DNA of 54,395 nt from Burkholderiales bacterium (lineage in GTDB: Bacteria; Pseudomonadota; Gammaproteobacteria; Burkholderiales; JAHFRG01). Under the pieces are notes generated by a model. The model saw only the letters and a program-made list of their open reading frames with translations, was not told where the DNA came from and ran no database searches. The stretch covers positions 1 through 54,395 of the forward strand of contig DATHDD010000150.1 in assembly GCA_035319205.1 (NCBI GenBank), in the 5' to 3' direction. The position numbers and the translations under genes were made by a program. Numbering within the stretch: position 1 is the stretch's first letter; each line of letters opens with the position of its first letter. Below are positions 1 to 8,479 of this stretch, piece after piece.

Positions 1-1250
1 CAGTAGCTGTGCGCGGCACCAAGGGCGTGACTGTTGCCAACCCGAAAGAATTCATGAAAGCAACAATCGCGGCGAAAAAAGTTCTGGCTGACAGCGCGGT
101 GACAGGACAAGGTTTGCCGAAGTACGGAACCCAGGTGTTGATGAATGTCATCAACGAAATTGGCGCCTCACCGACTCGCAACCATCGCGATGTGCAGTTT
201 GAAGGCGCGAGTAAAATATCCGCTGAGGCGATGTATGAGAAGCGTCCAACCGACGGCAAGGCCAATCTGGTGACCAACCAGGCTTGTTTCGGGTGCACCA
301 TCGCTTGCGGACGCATCTCGAAGATCGACGAGACTCACTGGACGGTGAAGAACAAGCCCGAATACTGGGGCGCTTCAGGTGGACTGGAATACGAAGCCGC
401 TTGGGCATTGGGCAATGACAACGGAGTCGACGACCTGGAAGCGCTGACCTACGCCAACTTCATCTGTAATGAGGACGGTATGGACCCGATTACCTTCGGC
501 GCCACGGTGGCTGCGGCTATGGAGTTGTATGAAATGGGCGTTATTACCGAAAAAGACACCGGCATTAAAGCGCCTTTCGGTTCCGCCGAAGCGTTGTGCA
601 AATTCACTGAATGGACTGCACGCGGCGAGGGTTTTGGAAAGGTTCTGGGTCTGGGTTCGAAACGCATGTGCGAAAAATACGGCCACCCGGAACTCTCGAT
701 GACGGTTAAAGGACAGGAGTTTCCGGCTTATGATTCGCGCGGCATCCAGGGCATGGGTTTGGCTTACGCCACTTCCAACCGCGGGGCCTGCCACCTGCGT
801 GGCTATACTGTGGCTTCAGAAGTAATGGGCATCCCGGTAAAAACTGATCCCCTCACCACTGACGGCAAAGCGGGACTCGTTAAAGCTTTTCAGGATGCGA
901 CTGCAGTAGTGGACTCTACAGGGCTTTGCGTATTTACCACCTTTGCCTGGACCTTGAACGACATTCAACCACAGCTTCAGGCCGCATGCGAGGGCGACTG
1001 GTCTATGGGGAAATTGAATCTGATGGGCGAACGCATCTGGAATATGGAGCGGGAATTCAACAACGCTGCTGGTTTCTCTGCAAAGGACGATACACTGCCG
1101 AAACGCCTGCTGACTGAAGCTGCCAAGACCGGACCCGCCAAAGGCAAGGTGAATGAGCTTGGCAAGATGCTGCCGGAATATTACAAACTGCGCGGTTGGA
1201 CCCCTGACGGTGTGCCGACCAAGGAAACAAGACAAAGATTGGGTCTGTAA
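1..1250 (+). CDS. Tungsten-containing aldehyde:ferredoxin oxidoreductase (AOR family), C-terminal ~415 aa; the 5' end lies outside the window
   Basis: The reading frame is open to the left window edge. The translation carries AOR-family C-terminal motifs (NQACFGCTIACGR, SNRGACHLRGY, DSTGLCVF, LPKRLL, YYKLRGW..GVPT). Confidence 0.9.
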   Translation, partial: VAVRGTKGVTVANPKEFMKATIAAKKVLADSAVTGQGLPKYGTQVLMNVINEIGASPTRNHRDVQFEGASKISAEAMYEKRPTDGKANLVTNQACFGCTIACGRISKIDETHWTVKNKPEYWGASGGLEYEAAWALGNDNGVDDLEALTYANFICNEDGMDPITFGATVAAAMELYEMGVITEKDTGIKAPFGSAEALCKFTEWTARGEGFGKVLGLGSKRMCEKYGHPELSMTVKGQEFPAYDSRGIQGMGLAYATSNRGACHLRGYTVASEVMGIPVKTDPLTTDGKAGLVKAFQDATAVVDSTGLCVFTTFAWTLNDIQPQLQAACEGDWSMGKLNLMGERIWNMEREFNNAAGFSAKDDTLPKRLLTEAAKTGPAKGKVNELGKMLPEYYKLRGWTPDGVPTKETRQRLGL

Positions 1251-1272
1251 GTTTCGCCCGGTTTAGGGGGTT

Positions 1273-1302
1273 AAGGGGAAAATATGTACATATTTTCCCC
1301 TT
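1273..1302. terminator. Perfect palindromic hairpin followed by a T-run, between the AOR gene and the FAD-subunit gene
   Basis: GGGGAAAATATGTACATATTTTCCCC (1275-1300) equals its own reverse complement. Flanking AA/TT extend the stem, and TTTT follows. Confidence 0.6.
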
Positions 1303-1330
1303 TTAATTTCAGAATAACGGAGGAAGCTAA

Positions 1331-2599
1331 ATGAATTACGTGATTATCGGCAACGGGCCAGCAGGTGTTATCGCTGCGGAAACCCTGCGCAAAACCGATT
1401 CGCGGGGCAGCATTATACTCATTGGAGATGAAGCGGAACCACCGTATTCGCGCATGGCGATTCCTTATTTGCTGATGGGCGATATCCAGGAACCCGGAAC
1501 CTATTTACGCAAGGACGCGAATCACTTCCGCAATCTTAATATTGAACTGCTTGTTGCCAGAGCGGATAAAATTGACACCTCAAACAAGAAAGTGTTTTTG
1601 AATAACGGCGAAACAGTGAATTACGACAAGCTGCTGATAGCCAGTGGTTCCAGACCAGTTGCGCCTCCGATTACGGGAATGAATCTGCCCGGAATTTACC
1701 CATGCTGGACAATGGAAGACTCGCGGCACATCATGAAACTTGCCAAGAAAGGCGTACGCGTACTGCAGATGGGCGCGGGTTTTATCGGTTGTATCATACT
1801 GGAAGCGCTGGCTTCGCGCGGCGTGGAGCTTATCGTGGTGGAAATGGGTAACCGCATGGTGCCGCGCATGATGACCGAAGGGGCGGGCGGGCTTATCAAA
1901 AAGTGGTGTGAGAAAAAAGGTGTGAAGGTCTTTACTTCCACCAAGGTCGAGGCGATTGAAAAATCGGGCGACAGATCCAATCCGCTCAAAGTGAAACTAA
2001 GCAACGGCGAATCACTGACCGTGGGTCTCGTTATCAGCGCAACCGGGGTGCGCCCGAACACCGAATTCCTAAAAGGCAGCGGGATCATCACGGATGCGGG
2101 GATCAAAGTGGATGAGACGATGCAAACAAACGTGTCAGGCGTTTATGCTGCCGGAGATGTAGTACAAGCTCAGGAGTTTTATACCGGCGCACAGATGGTG
2201 AATGCGATTCAGCCCAACGCTGCAGATCAGGCGCGCATCGCTGCGCTCAACATGGCGGGTAAATCCACGCGTTCGCAAGGCACGATGGCAATCAATGTGC
2301 TGAATACGCTGGGGCTGATTTCATCTTCATTCGGGCAATGGATGGGGGTAGCGGGAGGTGAACATACCGAACTAGTAGACGAGGAAAATTTCCGATACAT
2401 GCACCTGGAATTCAAGGACGATATTCTCGTTGGCGCCACCAGCCTGGGGCTTACTCAGCATGTTGGGGTCATCCGTGGCCTTATTCAGGGTAAAATACGC
2501 CTTGGAGAATGGAAAGATCTTTTGCTCAAGGATCCTACGCGTATCATGGAAGCGTATCTGGCGCGCACACAGGGATCAAATTTCAAATTTGCTACATGA
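1331..2599 (+). CDS. FAD/NAD(P)-dependent pyridine nucleotide-disulfide oxidoreductase, probably the electron-transfer subunit of the AOR complex (AorC-like)
   Basis: ATG preceded by GGAGGA. N-terminal dinucleotide fold VIIGNGPAGVIAAE and a second fold LQMGAGFIGCIILE. Lies directly downstream of the AOR gene. Confidence 0.85.
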   Translation: MNYVIIGNGPAGVIAAETLRKTDSRGSIILIGDEAEPPYSRMAIPYLLMGDIQEPGTYLRKDANHFRNLNIELLVARADKIDTSNKKVFLNNGETVNYDKLLIASGSRPVAPPITGMNLPGIYPCWTMEDSRHIMKLAKKGVRVLQMGAGFIGCIILEALASRGVELIVVEMGNRMVPRMMTEGAGGLIKKWCEKKGVKVFTSTKVEAIEKSGDRSNPLKVKLSNGESLTVGLVISATGVRPNTEFLKGSGIITDAGIKVDETMQTNVSGVYAAGDVVQAQEFYTGAQMVNAIQPNAADQARIAALNMAGKSTRSQGTMAINVLNTLGLISSSFGQWMGVAGGEHTELVDEENFRYMHLEFKDDILVGATSLGLTQHVGVIRGLIQGKIRLGEWKDLLLKDPTRIMEAYLARTQGSNFKFAT

Positions 2600-2847
2600 A
2601 AATCAAATTCAAGTTGTTTGCCGCTCTTGCCGATTATCTACCGCAACCTTCCAGAACCAACTCCGTAGAACTCGAGGTCGCTGCAGATTCGACTATCCAA
2701 TCGGTAATTGATCAGTTCCAGCTCCCGATCAAGCTGGTGCATCTTGTCCTGGTTAACGGGCTTTATATCTATCCGTCCGACCGCATCACCACTAAGTTAA
2801 AAGAAGGGGATGTGCTGGCTATCTGGCCGCCCATCGCCGGCGGCTAA
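2596..2847 (+). CDS. MoaD/ThiS-family ubiquitin-like sulfur carrier (83 aa) ending in Gly-Gly
   Basis: ATG at 2596 overlaps the upstream stop (ATGA). The C-terminus GDVLAIWPPIAGG is typical of MoaD. The ORF-track start at 2509 is an upstream extension inside the previous gene. Confidence 0.8.
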   Translation: MKIKFKLFAALADYLPQPSRTNSVELEVAADSTIQSVIDQFQLPIKLVHLVLVNGLYIYPSDRITTKLKEGDVLAIWPPIAGG

Positions 2848-2992
2848 TTGAAGCCTCAACAAACTGCGATTTTTGCCTTTATACTTTGTTGCGGTTCGTT
2901 TCCGCTGCTCACATACTTGTCGTGTATGCTCCGCTGCTCAACTTCGCCGCGCCTCGTCTGAAGTCAAACTTCTTGTTTCCTGAGGCTTCAAT
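2847..2992 (+). promoter_or_regulatory. 12-bp perfect inverted repeat bracketing the whole intergenic region; the right arm covers the SD and start of the next ORF
   Basis: ATTGAAGCCTCA (2847-2858) and TGAGGCTTCAAT (2981-2992) are exact reverse complements. A direct repeat TCCGCTGCTCA occurs at 2901-2911 and 2930-2940. Confidence 0.45.
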
Positions 2993-3287
2993 GAGTGGGA
3001 AAATTTATCGTTTAACACGTGAAATGACCATTAGCCACGCCGATTTTCTACGCAGTTTGCCCGCTACCCTGAACAACGCAGCGTATACCATAAACGGCAA
3101 CGAAATCAGCGTGGAATTGGAAAACAGGGTACTGCGAATTTTACTCTCTCCGGAGTCTACGCGCAGTTTCGGACCGGTATCATTGCCCGTGACTCATGTG
3201 GAATTTGTTTTTTCAGGTTATTCGGAACTCGAAGTACAGCAGTTTCTGGGGCGATTCGATATGTACTACCGGCGTGGCGGAGGATAG
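2991..3287 (+). CDS. Hypothetical 98-aa protein ending in RRGGG
   Basis: ATG at 2991 with GAGG 5 nt upstream. I recognise no family. The ORF-track start at 2886 looks like an upstream extension. Confidence 0.5.
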   Translation: MSGKIYRLTREMTISHADFLRSLPATLNNAAYTINGNEISVELENRVLRILLSPESTRSFGPVSLPVTHVEFVFSGYSELEVQQFLGRFDMYYRRGGG

Positions 3288-3358
3288 AGTCTGTGCTGGT
3301 TTTGGCACCAAAAGCTTTGCTTGAGCGTTTGATAATGTTCAAGTCATGCAGATTGCGT

Positions 3359-4429
3359 TCAAGGAAACAATTTCCCAATCGATATAATTTCGCCGGCACG
3401 CGTAGCATCATAACCCGGCAAGCGGGAAATCACGTTTTTAAATTCTCTGCTTTGCATAGCCGATATGAGTTCTTTGACTGCAGGTCGGCGCAGGCTTTCT
3501 TGATAAGCGATCAGGAAATAGCGTTCACTCGCAAGCGGGACAAAATCCAGATTGAATTGCCTTGCTGCTGCTTCTATTCCCATGCCTGCGTCGGCTTTGC
3601 CGCTGGCAATCGTGGCAGCCACCGCAGCGTGCGTGAACTCTTCATCATTTATTCCTTGAATCTGTTTCTGTTCGATACCAGCCCGATCCAATAGCATATC
3701 CAGCAGCAAGCGCGTTCCTGAACCCTGCTGGCGGCTGACAAAGCGCACGTCTTGTTTAACGAGATCAATCAAGCTGAATATCTGTTTCGGGTTTCCGCTT
3801 GCCACCATCAACCCCTGCTGGCGCGTGACAAATTCAATCAGTTTTTGACTGCGGAGCTTCAACCATTTGCGGTAGCGCAACAGCAGATTTTTGCTGATGC
3901 CGTTTTCGGGAATGTGAAATCCGGCCAGATCACACTGCGAACGCGCCAGTGAAGCGAGGCAATCCAGGCTGCCGCGGAACTGCAAATCTAGGCGTGGGCC
4001 ATTCAAACTCTGGTTCAACATATCGCGTAATTCAGCCAGCGCAAGGTCATGGCTGGCGTACAAACGTAACGCAGCATGTCCGGCAGCGAAGGTTTGGTTG
4101 AGCTCTTGTTCGAGTTCAGATGCCAGGTTTTCAAGCTGCGGCCCCAGACGGGCTTTTACACGCTGGTCTGCCCATAGTAATTTTTCCCCGAAAGGTGTGA
4201 GACGGGTGCCGCGTCCTCGCTCCAATACGGCAAGCGGTTGTCCCAGCAATTCCGACCACTTTCCGATGAGGTTCCATAAATGGCGGTAAGACAAACCGAT
4301 GACCGGTGCCGCCTTATTAAGCGAACCAGTGCGGTGAATTGCCTCCAGTAAATTAAAAATTTGTTGTCCCTGTTGTTCGGCAAATGCATTGCCTAGCAAC
4401 CATCGGCAATCAAGCTTGACTTGAATCAT
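3359..4429 (-). CDS. Transcriptional regulator with a ModE-type N-terminal HTH fused to a periplasmic-binding-protein-like (PBP_like) sensor domain
   Basis: The N-terminus GSLNKAAPVIGLSYRHLWNLIGKWSELLGQPLAVLERGRGTRLTPFGEKLL follows the ModE HTH pattern. The C-terminal ~230 aa look like an SBP fold. Divergent from the oxyanion transporter genes. Confidence 0.75.
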   Translation of the reverse strand: MIQVKLDCRWLLGNAFAEQQGQQIFNLLEAIHRTGSLNKAAPVIGLSYRHLWNLIGKWSELLGQPLAVLERGRGTRLTPFGEKLLWADQRVKARLGPQLENLASELEQELNQTFAAGHAALRLYASHDLALAELRDMLNQSLNGPRLDLQFRGSLDCLASLARSQCDLAGFHIPENGISKNLLLRYRKWLKLRSQKLIEFVTRQQGLMVASGNPKQIFSLIDLVKQDVRFVSRQQGSGTRLLLDMLLDRAGIEQKQIQGINDEEFTHAAVAATIASGKADAGMGIEAAARQFNLDFVPLASERYFLIAYQESLRRPAVKELISAMQSREFKNVISRLPGYDATRAGEIISIGKLFP

Positions 4430-4462
4430 CTATGAAATAGAGTACATATTTAGTTATGAATT

Positions 4463-4479
4463 TATATCTTATAGTATAT
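4463..4479. promoter_or_regulatory. ModE-box-like operator TATAT-N7-TATAT in the divergent promoter region
   Basis: TATATCTTATAGTATAT lies in the AT-rich 105-nt spacer between the regulator and the ModA-like gene. The pentamer spacing matches the published TAYAT / TATATA-N6-TATATA ModE sites. Confidence 0.4.
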
Positions 4480-4534
4480 TTGATGGCAATTGTGAATCAA
4501 ATATGTAGTAATTCCTCTTAACAATGAGGCAAAA

Positions 4535-5314
4535 ATGCTTAAGCGAATTCGATTTTTGCCCTCTATCGTCTTGCTTATCGCGCTGACGGCTTGGGCTGGT
4601 GAACCTCGAATCTTTGCTGCAGGAAGCTTGCGGCTCGCCATGGACGAGCTCATAGAAACTTACACAGCTAACGGAGGGACACGTTTTGAGCCGGTTTATG
4701 GGCCTTCCGGTACATTAAGGAAGCAAATCGAAAACGGCGATATCCCAGAAATATTCGCTTCAGCATCTCTGGAGCACACCGACGCATTGTACCAAGCGGA
4801 AATCATGCGCAAAGCCGTAGTTTTCGCCCATAACGCCTTGTGTTTGATGGCAAGACCCGGCATCGCTCTGGATCAGAAAAAAATGATTGATCTCATCCTT
4901 GACCCAAAAATCCGTCTGGGCACTTCAAAGCCGGAATCTGACCCAGCGGGCGACTATACCTGGCAATTGTTCAGGGAGGTGGACAAACAAAGGCCGGGTG
5001 CTTTCAAAACGCTTTCAGAGAAAGCCATTCAGCTAACGGGAATTGCAGTCGACACGAAACTAAAAACGCTTCCTTACGCTGCGATCTTTGAAGAGAACAA
5101 GGTTGACGTTTTTATTTCCTATTGCACCAACGCGGCCGCTACCGCAAAGGCAATTCAGGGCTTGAGCTGGATGCGTTTTCCCGAAGACGTGAATAACAGC
5201 GGCACTTATGCCATCAGCACCTCGGTCAAAGCGCCCATGGAAACGGAGCGTTTCATTACTTTTATTCTCAGTCCAGAGGGGAAGCGCATTCTCACAAAAT
5301 ACGGGTTTAACTAG
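4535..5314 (+). CDS. Molybdate/tungstate-type ABC transporter substrate-binding protein (ModA-like)
   Basis: Signal peptide (LIALTAWAG). Overall ModA-family features (IFAAGSL, YGPSGTL, DPAGDY). GAGG SD upstream. Confidence 0.75.
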   Translation: MLKRIRFLPSIVLLIALTAWAGEPRIFAAGSLRLAMDELIETYTANGGTRFEPVYGPSGTLRKQIENGDIPEIFASASLEHTDALYQAEIMRKAVVFAHNALCLMARPGIALDQKKMIDLILDPKIRLGTSKPESDPAGDYTWQLFREVDKQRPGAFKTLSEKAIQLTGIAVDTKLKTLPYAAIFEENKVDVFISYCTNAAATAKAIQGLSWMRFPEDVNNSGTYAISTSVKAPMETERFITFILSPEGKRILTKYGFN

Positions 5315-5328
5315 TCAAGGAGAAGTTT

Positions 5329-6156
5329 ATGAAACGACGTTTATTAAAAGCCTTAATTGTATTTTTTGTACTCTGTGTTACTGGATGGGGTGCAAACCAG
5401 GCAACTGCGGCAAAGGATATAAGGATGTCGACTACGACCAGCACTGAAAATTCCGGTTTGTTGGGCTACCTCCTGCCAGTATACGAAGCAAAATGTAGTT
5501 GCAAAGTGCGGGTGATTTCTGTGGGAACCGGCAAGGCGCTGGAGCTCGGCAAGAACGGAGACGTTGACGTGGTGCTGGTGCACGCCAGGCCCTCAGAAGA
5601 TAAATTTGTAGCGGAAGGCCATGGCGTGAACCGCAGTGATGTGATGTATAACGATTTCATTTTGGTTGGATCGCAGACCGATCCCCTGCGACTTCGCGGC
5701 ACCAAAGATGTAATTGCGGCGTTCAAGATACTCGGCGAGGGCAAGGCCAAATTCATATCGCGCGGCGACAATTCAGGCACCGACCAGATGGAAAAAAATT
5801 ACTGGAAGCAGGCCGGCGTCGAACCCAAAGGCGCCTGGTTCATTTCCGCGGGCCTGGGCATGGGCGAAGTGTTGACCATGGCAGGGGAATTGCAGGCTTA
5901 CACTTTGAGCGATCGCGCAACTTACGGCGCGTATCGCTCCAAGACTGGACTGGATATTCTGGTACAGGGCGATCCAAAGATGTTTAATCCTTATGGCGTA
6001 ATCGCTGTCAACCCCAAGAAATATCCCGATGCAAACTATGAGGGTGCGATGGATTTTATCAACTGGATTACTTCTGATGAAGGGCAAAAGAGAATCGCCG
6101 AATTCAAAGTGGACGGAGAACAGTTGTTTTTCCCTTCGGCGAAGAAAGATAACTGA
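5329..6156 (+). CDS. tupA: Tungstate ABC transporter substrate-binding protein TupA
   Basis: Signal peptide followed by the TupA signature TTTSTENSGLL. AAGGAG SD. Followed by permease and ATPase genes. Confidence 0.85.
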   Translation: MKRRLLKALIVFFVLCVTGWGANQATAAKDIRMSTTTSTENSGLLGYLLPVYEAKCSCKVRVISVGTGKALELGKNGDVDVVLVHARPSEDKFVAEGHGVNRSDVMYNDFILVGSQTDPLRLRGTKDVIAAFKILGEGKAKFISRGDNSGTDQMEKNYWKQAGVEPKGAWFISAGLGMGEVLTMAGELQAYTLSDRATYGAYRSKTGLDILVQGDPKMFNPYGVIAVNPKKYPDANYEGAMDFINWITSDEGQKRIAEFKVDGEQLFFPSAKKDN

Positions 6157-6161
6157 TCTGC

Positions 6162-6857
6162 ATGGACCTGCTGCAGCCCACTCACGAAGCGTTCTCTCTG
6201 CTTTTCTCGGGAAATCCCGAGATTTGGAGGATCATCTTTATCTCGCTGCGCGTCTCGCTCATCGCCATGTTGGTAGTGACTCCGCTCGCCGTGGCGGCTG
6301 GTTTTTTCCTGGCCACCGTTGCGTTTCCGGGACGGCGCGCACTGGTAATTTTAATCCAGGGCCTGTTGTCCTCGCCCACGGTGGTGGTCGGTTTGCTGCT
6401 CTACCTTCTGCTCTCACGTCAGGGGCCATTCGGTTCATGGCATCTGCTGTTTACGCAGGAAGCGATGATCATCGGCCAGATTATCATCGCTTTTCCAGTG
6501 GTTGTTGCGTTCACCTTATCCGCAGTCCAAGGCGCTGATCCGCGAGCGCATGAAACCGCGGTAAGCCTCGGCGCAGGCACGGCGCGCGCCGCGCTCACCA
6601 CGCTTCTGGAAGTTCGATTTGGCGTGATGGCCGCTGTCTTCAATGCCTTTGGACGGGTGTTTTCGGAAATCGGCTGCTCGCTCATGGTCGGCGGTAATAT
6701 TTTAGGATTGACGCGCAACATTCCCACTGCAATCGCTCTGGAAACGAGCAAAGGCGAATTCGCGCAAGGCATTGCACTGGGTATTGTGCTGATGGCGGTG
6801 GCTTTGGGGGTGAATTATGCGCTGGCATTTTTGCAGGGAGAGGGCGGTCTCAAGTGA
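6162..6857 (+). CDS. tupB: Tungstate ABC transporter permease TupB
   Basis: Polytopic membrane protein of ABC permease type, lying between tupA and the ATPase gene. Confidence 0.85.
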   Translation: MDLLQPTHEAFSLLFSGNPEIWRIIFISLRVSLIAMLVVTPLAVAAGFFLATVAFPGRRALVILIQGLLSSPTVVVGLLLYLLLSRQGPFGSWHLLFTQEAMIIGQIIIAFPVVVAFTLSAVQGADPRAHETAVSLGAGTARAALTTLLEVRFGVMAAVFNAFGRVFSEIGCSLMVGGNILGLTRNIPTAIALETSKGEFAQGIALGIVLMAVALGVNYALAFLQGEGGLK

Positions 6858-7540
6858 GCGGCCCGTTGCTGCAAATCGACGGCTTGCGCAAAAACTTCGG
6901 TTCCCGGCGCATCCTGGATATCGAGTGCCTTGAACTCCACGCGGGCGAGAGTTATGTGGTGACCGGCGATAACGGCGTCGGGAAAACCACCTTGTTGAGA
7001 ATTATTGCCGGTTTGGAAAGCGCGCAAGTAACCAACTATCAGTTTGATGGGTGGACAATATCACTGGAAAATTTCCCGCACTGGCTGCGTCGGGAAATCA
7101 TTTACATGCACCAGCATCCATACCTGTTCAAAACCACGGTGGCAGCGAACATCGGTTACGGATTGAAAGCCAGAAATCTGCCCAAAGTTGAACGCGTGAC
7201 GCTGGTCAGGGAAGCGATGGAATGGGCGGGAGTTGTCCATCTCAATAATGTGCCGCCGCAGAGACTATCCGGCGGGGAGAAACAGCGGGTGGCTCTCGCC
7301 CGTACCAAGGTGCTCAAACCAAAACTTTATTTGCTGGACGAGCCGACCGCCAATCTGGATGCCGAGGCGCGCCGCCAAGCCATAGAGCTGATCCAGCGTT
7401 TGTGCCTTGACAACAATTGCATATTGATCGCGTGTCACGACTACGAGCTCATTCATCTTCCACGCATGCGCCGCATGACCTTGTCTGATGGCCAACTTCT
7501 ACCTCAAGTGGCAACAGCAAGTCTAGAGCGGGCAGTCTAG
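6854..7540 (+). CDS. tupC: Tungstate ABC transporter ATP-binding protein TupC
   Basis: Walker A GDNGVGKTT, signature LSGGEKQR, Walker B LYLLDEP. The GTG start overlaps the tupB stop (GTGA). Confidence 0.85.
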   Translation: MSGPLLQIDGLRKNFGSRRILDIECLELHAGESYVVTGDNGVGKTTLLRIIAGLESAQVTNYQFDGWTISLENFPHWLRREIIYMHQHPYLFKTTVAANIGYGLKARNLPKVERVTLVREAMEWAGVVHLNNVPPQRLSGGEKQRVALARTKVLKPKLYLLDEPTANLDAEARRQAIELIQRLCLDNNCILIACHDYELIHLPRMRRMTLSDGQLLPQVATASLERAV

Positions 7541-7691
7541 GCAAAAGAAAAGCCATTGTTCCATAATGGTTTTCGCCCGCGTTCGAGTTGAACATAATGT
7601 TGAACCCGTGTTTAAATGACGAAATGGCGTGGCTATTAACAGCGGGCAACTGATAAGCGGGCGTGAAGCTCAGGCTGTGTAAGTCGTCCTG

Positions 7692-8198
7692 ATGGCGGAC
7701 CTGATGAAAATTTTTGGATTTGCAGGATACTCGGGAAGTGGCAAAACCACGCTGATAGAACAATTGATCCCGCAATTCGTCATGCGAGGCCTCAAGGTAT
7801 CGCTGATTAAACATGCCCACCACGTTTTCGACATAGACCGCCCTGGAAAGGATTCCTACCGTCACCGCGAAGCCGGCTGCAGTGAAGTGCTAATCACTTC
7901 CAGCCAGCGCTGGGTGCTGATGCATGAATTGCGCGGAGAGCAGGAGCGGGGTTTGCAGCACCAGTTAAAACGCTTATCGCCGTGCGATCTTGTGCTGGTC
8001 GAGGGATTTAAGAAAGAGCCGATTCCCAAATTGGAAATTCACCGCGCCGCGATGCGCCAGCCTTTGCTGCAACCCGACGACCCCAATATCATTGCAGTTG
8101 CGTCTGACGCGCAAATCAAGGTTAAAGTTCCGCTGCTGGACCTGAATGACCCGGAGCAAATTTCGGAATTCATCCTGAGGCATCTGGAGGTAAAATGA
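7692..8198 (+). CDS. mobB: Molybdopterin-guanine dinucleotide biosynthesis adapter protein MobB
   Basis: P-loop GYSGSGKTTL and the overall MobB pattern (SLIKHAHH.FDID.PGKDS..HR.AG). Confidence 0.9.
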   Translation: MADLMKIFGFAGYSGSGKTTLIEQLIPQFVMRGLKVSLIKHAHHVFDIDRPGKDSYRHREAGCSEVLITSSQRWVLMHELRGEQERGLQHQLKRLSPCDLVLVEGFKKEPIPKLEIHRAAMRQPLLQPDDPNIIAVASDAQIKVKVPLLDLNDPEQISEFILRHLEVK

Positions 8199-8223
8199 AC
8201 AGGAGAAAGATTGTGGCAGAAAC

Positions 8224-8478
8224 ATGGTGAATTTGGTTTATTTTGCCCGATTGCGCGAAGCGCTCGGACTGGATTCGGAGAAAGTGGCGTTACCGCAAGG
8301 CGTGGGTGATGTGGCGAGCCTCACCCAATGGTTGCGCGGCCGCGGCAAAGTGTGGGACACGGAGCTTGCGCCCGGCAACAGGGTGCGCGTGGCGGTGAAT
8401 CTGGAAGTGGCTGAGCAATCCACTTGTATTGCCGACGGCGATGAAGTGGCGTTTTTCCCGCCAGTGACAGGGGGCTAA
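8224..8478 (+). CDS. moaD: Molybdopterin synthase sulfur carrier subunit MoaD
   Basis: 84 aa with C-terminus DEVAFFPPVTGG. Lies immediately upstream of moaE. Confidence 0.9.
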   Translation: MVNLVYFARLREALGLDSEKVALPQGVGDVASLTQWLRGRGKVWDTELAPGNRVRVAVNLEVAEQSTCIADGDEVAFFPPVTGG

Positions 8479-8479
8479 C

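Noticed and set aside
2509-2595. N-terminal extensions in the ORF track (2509, 2886, 15348, 19836, 19883, 21484, 25621, 26946, 31299, 35380, 36576, 41715)
   Set aside because: In each case an internal ATG fits better. It has a better SD, a signal peptide or homolog-like N-terminus, or a stop/start overlap with the upstream gene. The extensions run into neighbouring genes or spacers.
7541-7691. Possible Moco riboswitch upstream of mobB-moaDE; the spacer upstream of the ModA-like gene (4430-4534) was also checked
   Set aside because: I could not find the conserved Moco-motif core sequences or its multi-stem architecture. Only a weak hairpin (CCATT..AATGG plus TTTT at about 7553-7573) is present, and it looks like a tupC terminator.
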